From a virus (lineage: Duplodnaviria > Caudoviricetes): a stretch of 64,000 nt of DNA. Under the pieces are notes generated by a model. The model ran no database searches, was not told where the DNA came from, and saw nothing but the letters and a program-made list of their open reading frames with translations. Shown here piece by piece: positions 62,675 to 64,000 of this stretch. The stretch's first letter is position 1. Every line of letters starts with the position of its first letter. A program made the position numbers and the translations under genes. The stretch lies in the IMG/VR virus record IMGVR_UViG_3300045450_000252, positions 1 to 64,000 of that record; one strand, 5' to 3'.

Positions 62675-63082
62675 ATGCGCGCTTTCCTGCACAACCGTAA
62701 CCCTGAAAATCTGGCCCGGCCCCAGCTGCTCTACGGCTGGCTGCTTCGCCACAACGAGCTGCACCTGGCGGCCCTGCTCATGCTACTCTGGTATCCTATC
62801 CAGTTGGCTTTCGCCTGGTACTTCCCCGACGCGGCCCCGCTGAGTTCCACCCAGCTGCACAAGGTGCTGCTCACGGCCCTGGTCTTTGCCTTCGCCCACG
62901 GCTTTCTCTGGCTGGGCCTGCGCCTGAACCTGCCCATCATTCCGCGCTGGCTCAAAAAGCACTTCACCACCACCTTCTTATCCCTTACCCCGTGGCAAAA
63001 AATGCAGTTTTTCGCGTTCTTGTGGTCAGCCTACTTGCTCTGCTTTGCCCTGATGTGGCACGGGGCCAGCCAAGCCGCGTAA
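62675..63082 (+). CDS. Multi-TM holin candidate
   Basis: Near-identical to 20373..20780. Confidence 0.7.
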   Translation: MRAFLHNRNPENLARPQLLYGWLLRHNELHLAALLMLLWYPIQLAFAWYFPDAAPLSSTQLHKVLLTALVFAFAHGFLWLGLRLNLPIIPRWLKKHFTTTFLSLTPWQKMQFFAFLWSAYLLCFALMWHGASQAA

Positions 63083-63549
63083 GGCCTGCCGCCAACGTGC
63101 AGCGCCTGCTCGACTGGGAGCGCTCGCAGCTACCCGTGCGCGAGCATGGCTACAACCGTGGCCCCGCGGTCGAGAGCTACCAGCGCACTACCGGCAACGC
63201 GCCGGGCTCGGAGTGGTGCGGCTCGTTTCAGGCTACGGCCAACGCTCGCTGCGGGCTGCCTTTTCCCGCGGCCGCCGGCGGCGCACGCTACTGGTTTCTG
63301 CTCACGAGCCCGCGCACGCTCTTTTTCCTGGGCGTGATGGGCAACGTGGATGCCATCGAGCCTGGCGACCGGGTGGGCTTCTGGAGCCCCGCCGCCCGGC
63401 GTATCGGCCACATCGGCATCGTCGAGGCCAAGACCCGCCACGGCTTCACCACCATCGAAGGCAATACCGGCCGGCTGGCCAACGCGGGCGTGCACCGCCT
63501 CAGCCGCGGCCGGGGCGAAATCCACGCCGCCGCCAACTGGAGCTATTAG
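62992..63549 (+). CDS. CHAP-family endolysin with signal-like N-terminus
   Basis: EWCGSF, GHIGIV, IEGNT; near-identical to 20690..21271. Confidence 0.85.
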   Translation: MAKNAVFRVLVVSLLALLCPDVARGQPSRVRPAANVQRLLDWERSQLPVREHGYNRGPAVESYQRTTGNAPGSEWCGSFQATANARCGLPFPAAAGGARYWFLLTSPRTLFFLGVMGNVDAIEPGDRVGFWSPAARRIGHIGIVEAKTRHGFTTIEGNTGRLANAGVHRLSRGRGEIHAAANWSY

Positions 63550-63551
63550 CT

Positions 63552-64000
63552 ATGACCAGCAACTACACCCGCCCCCGTCGTTACGTGACCTTTCTCCTTC
63601 GCCTGTTCGCCCTACTAGCCGGCACTGCCCTGGTAGCCGGTACGCTGCCCAGCTGCGCCGGCAGCCAGGACGTGGCCGCGCTGCTCAGCCAGCCCCTCGA
63701 CTCGACCATCCGCGCACAGGTAGCCCGCCAGGCTCCGACCGGTAAGGTCAAGCTCAAGGGCCACGTGACGATTCAGGTGGGCACCGGCAATGTCAGCGCG
63801 CCCAAGGCCCAAGCCCCGGTGGCCGCCGGGGCCAGCCAGGCCCAGGACTACACCAGGGCCGGTGCCCACGGCGGGGCACTGGCCACCGCGCCCCGCGCCT
63901 CGGCCGTGTCTACCACCCACGGCGGCGTGCCGCCCTGGCTGCTGGGCGCGGGCACAGTGCTCCTGGTGCTGGCGCTAGTAATCGGGCTGGTTTACAGGGT
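63552..64000 (+). CDS. Unimolecular spanin candidate (truncated by window edge)
   Basis: Hand-translated: lipobox LPSC, GKVKLKGHVTIQVG core, C-terminal TM WLLGAGTVLLVLALVIGLVY. Confidence 0.65.
   Translation, partial: MTSNYTRPRRYVTFLLRLFALLAGTALVAGTLPSCAGSQDVAALLSQPLDSTIRAQVARQAPTGKVKLKGHVTIQVGTGNVSAPKAQAPVAAGASQAQDYTRAGAHGGALATAPRASAVSTTHGGVPPWLLGAGTVLLVLALVIGLVYR

Larger units (their letters stand above)
34030..64000 (+). mobile_element. Prophage 2 (right end outside window)
   Basis: Integrase, repressor/Cro switch, early, primase, head, terminase, portal and lysis genes, largely colinear with P1. Confidence 0.93.

Noticed and set aside
1-64000. CRISPR array, rRNA, IS transposase
   Set aside because: No regularly spaced repeats, no rRNA-like segments and no DDE/HUH transposase motifs seen

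Overview
The window looks like a high-GC Bacteroidota genome, probably Hymenobacter-like (inferred from the protein families and TAnnTTTG promoter elements). It holds two related, co-oriented siphovirus-like prophages in tandem. Prophage 1 (P1, <1 to ~30.6 kb; left end outside the window) runs early genes, replication, a tail-tube-like/fibre module, S49 protease-scaffold, capsid, tail tube, terS/terL, portal, lysis, tail and tape measure. A ~3.4 kb spacer carries a beta-barrel protein, a serine recombinase, a histidine kinase and a truncated secreted-protein gene. Prophage 2 (P2, ~34.0 kb to >64 kb) starts with a tyrosine integrase and an accessory cluster (DUF2622/GhoS-like, HsdR_N-like nuclease, NACHT-pentapeptide, SH3 membrane protein), then repressor/Cro, early genes, primase, and head and lysis modules in nearly the same order as P1. 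Comparing the two prophages exposes non-coding signals the ORFs do not explain: an 86-nt covarying structured RNA upstream of both replication genes; nine copies of a GTCC...(TT[T/C]G) promoter-like motif with identical 34-bp spacing; a P1-specific GGTAATTACC palindrome; DnaA boxes in both origins; and near-identical homology arms around a divergent receptor-binding-like gene. All comparisons were done by eye and no databases were searched.
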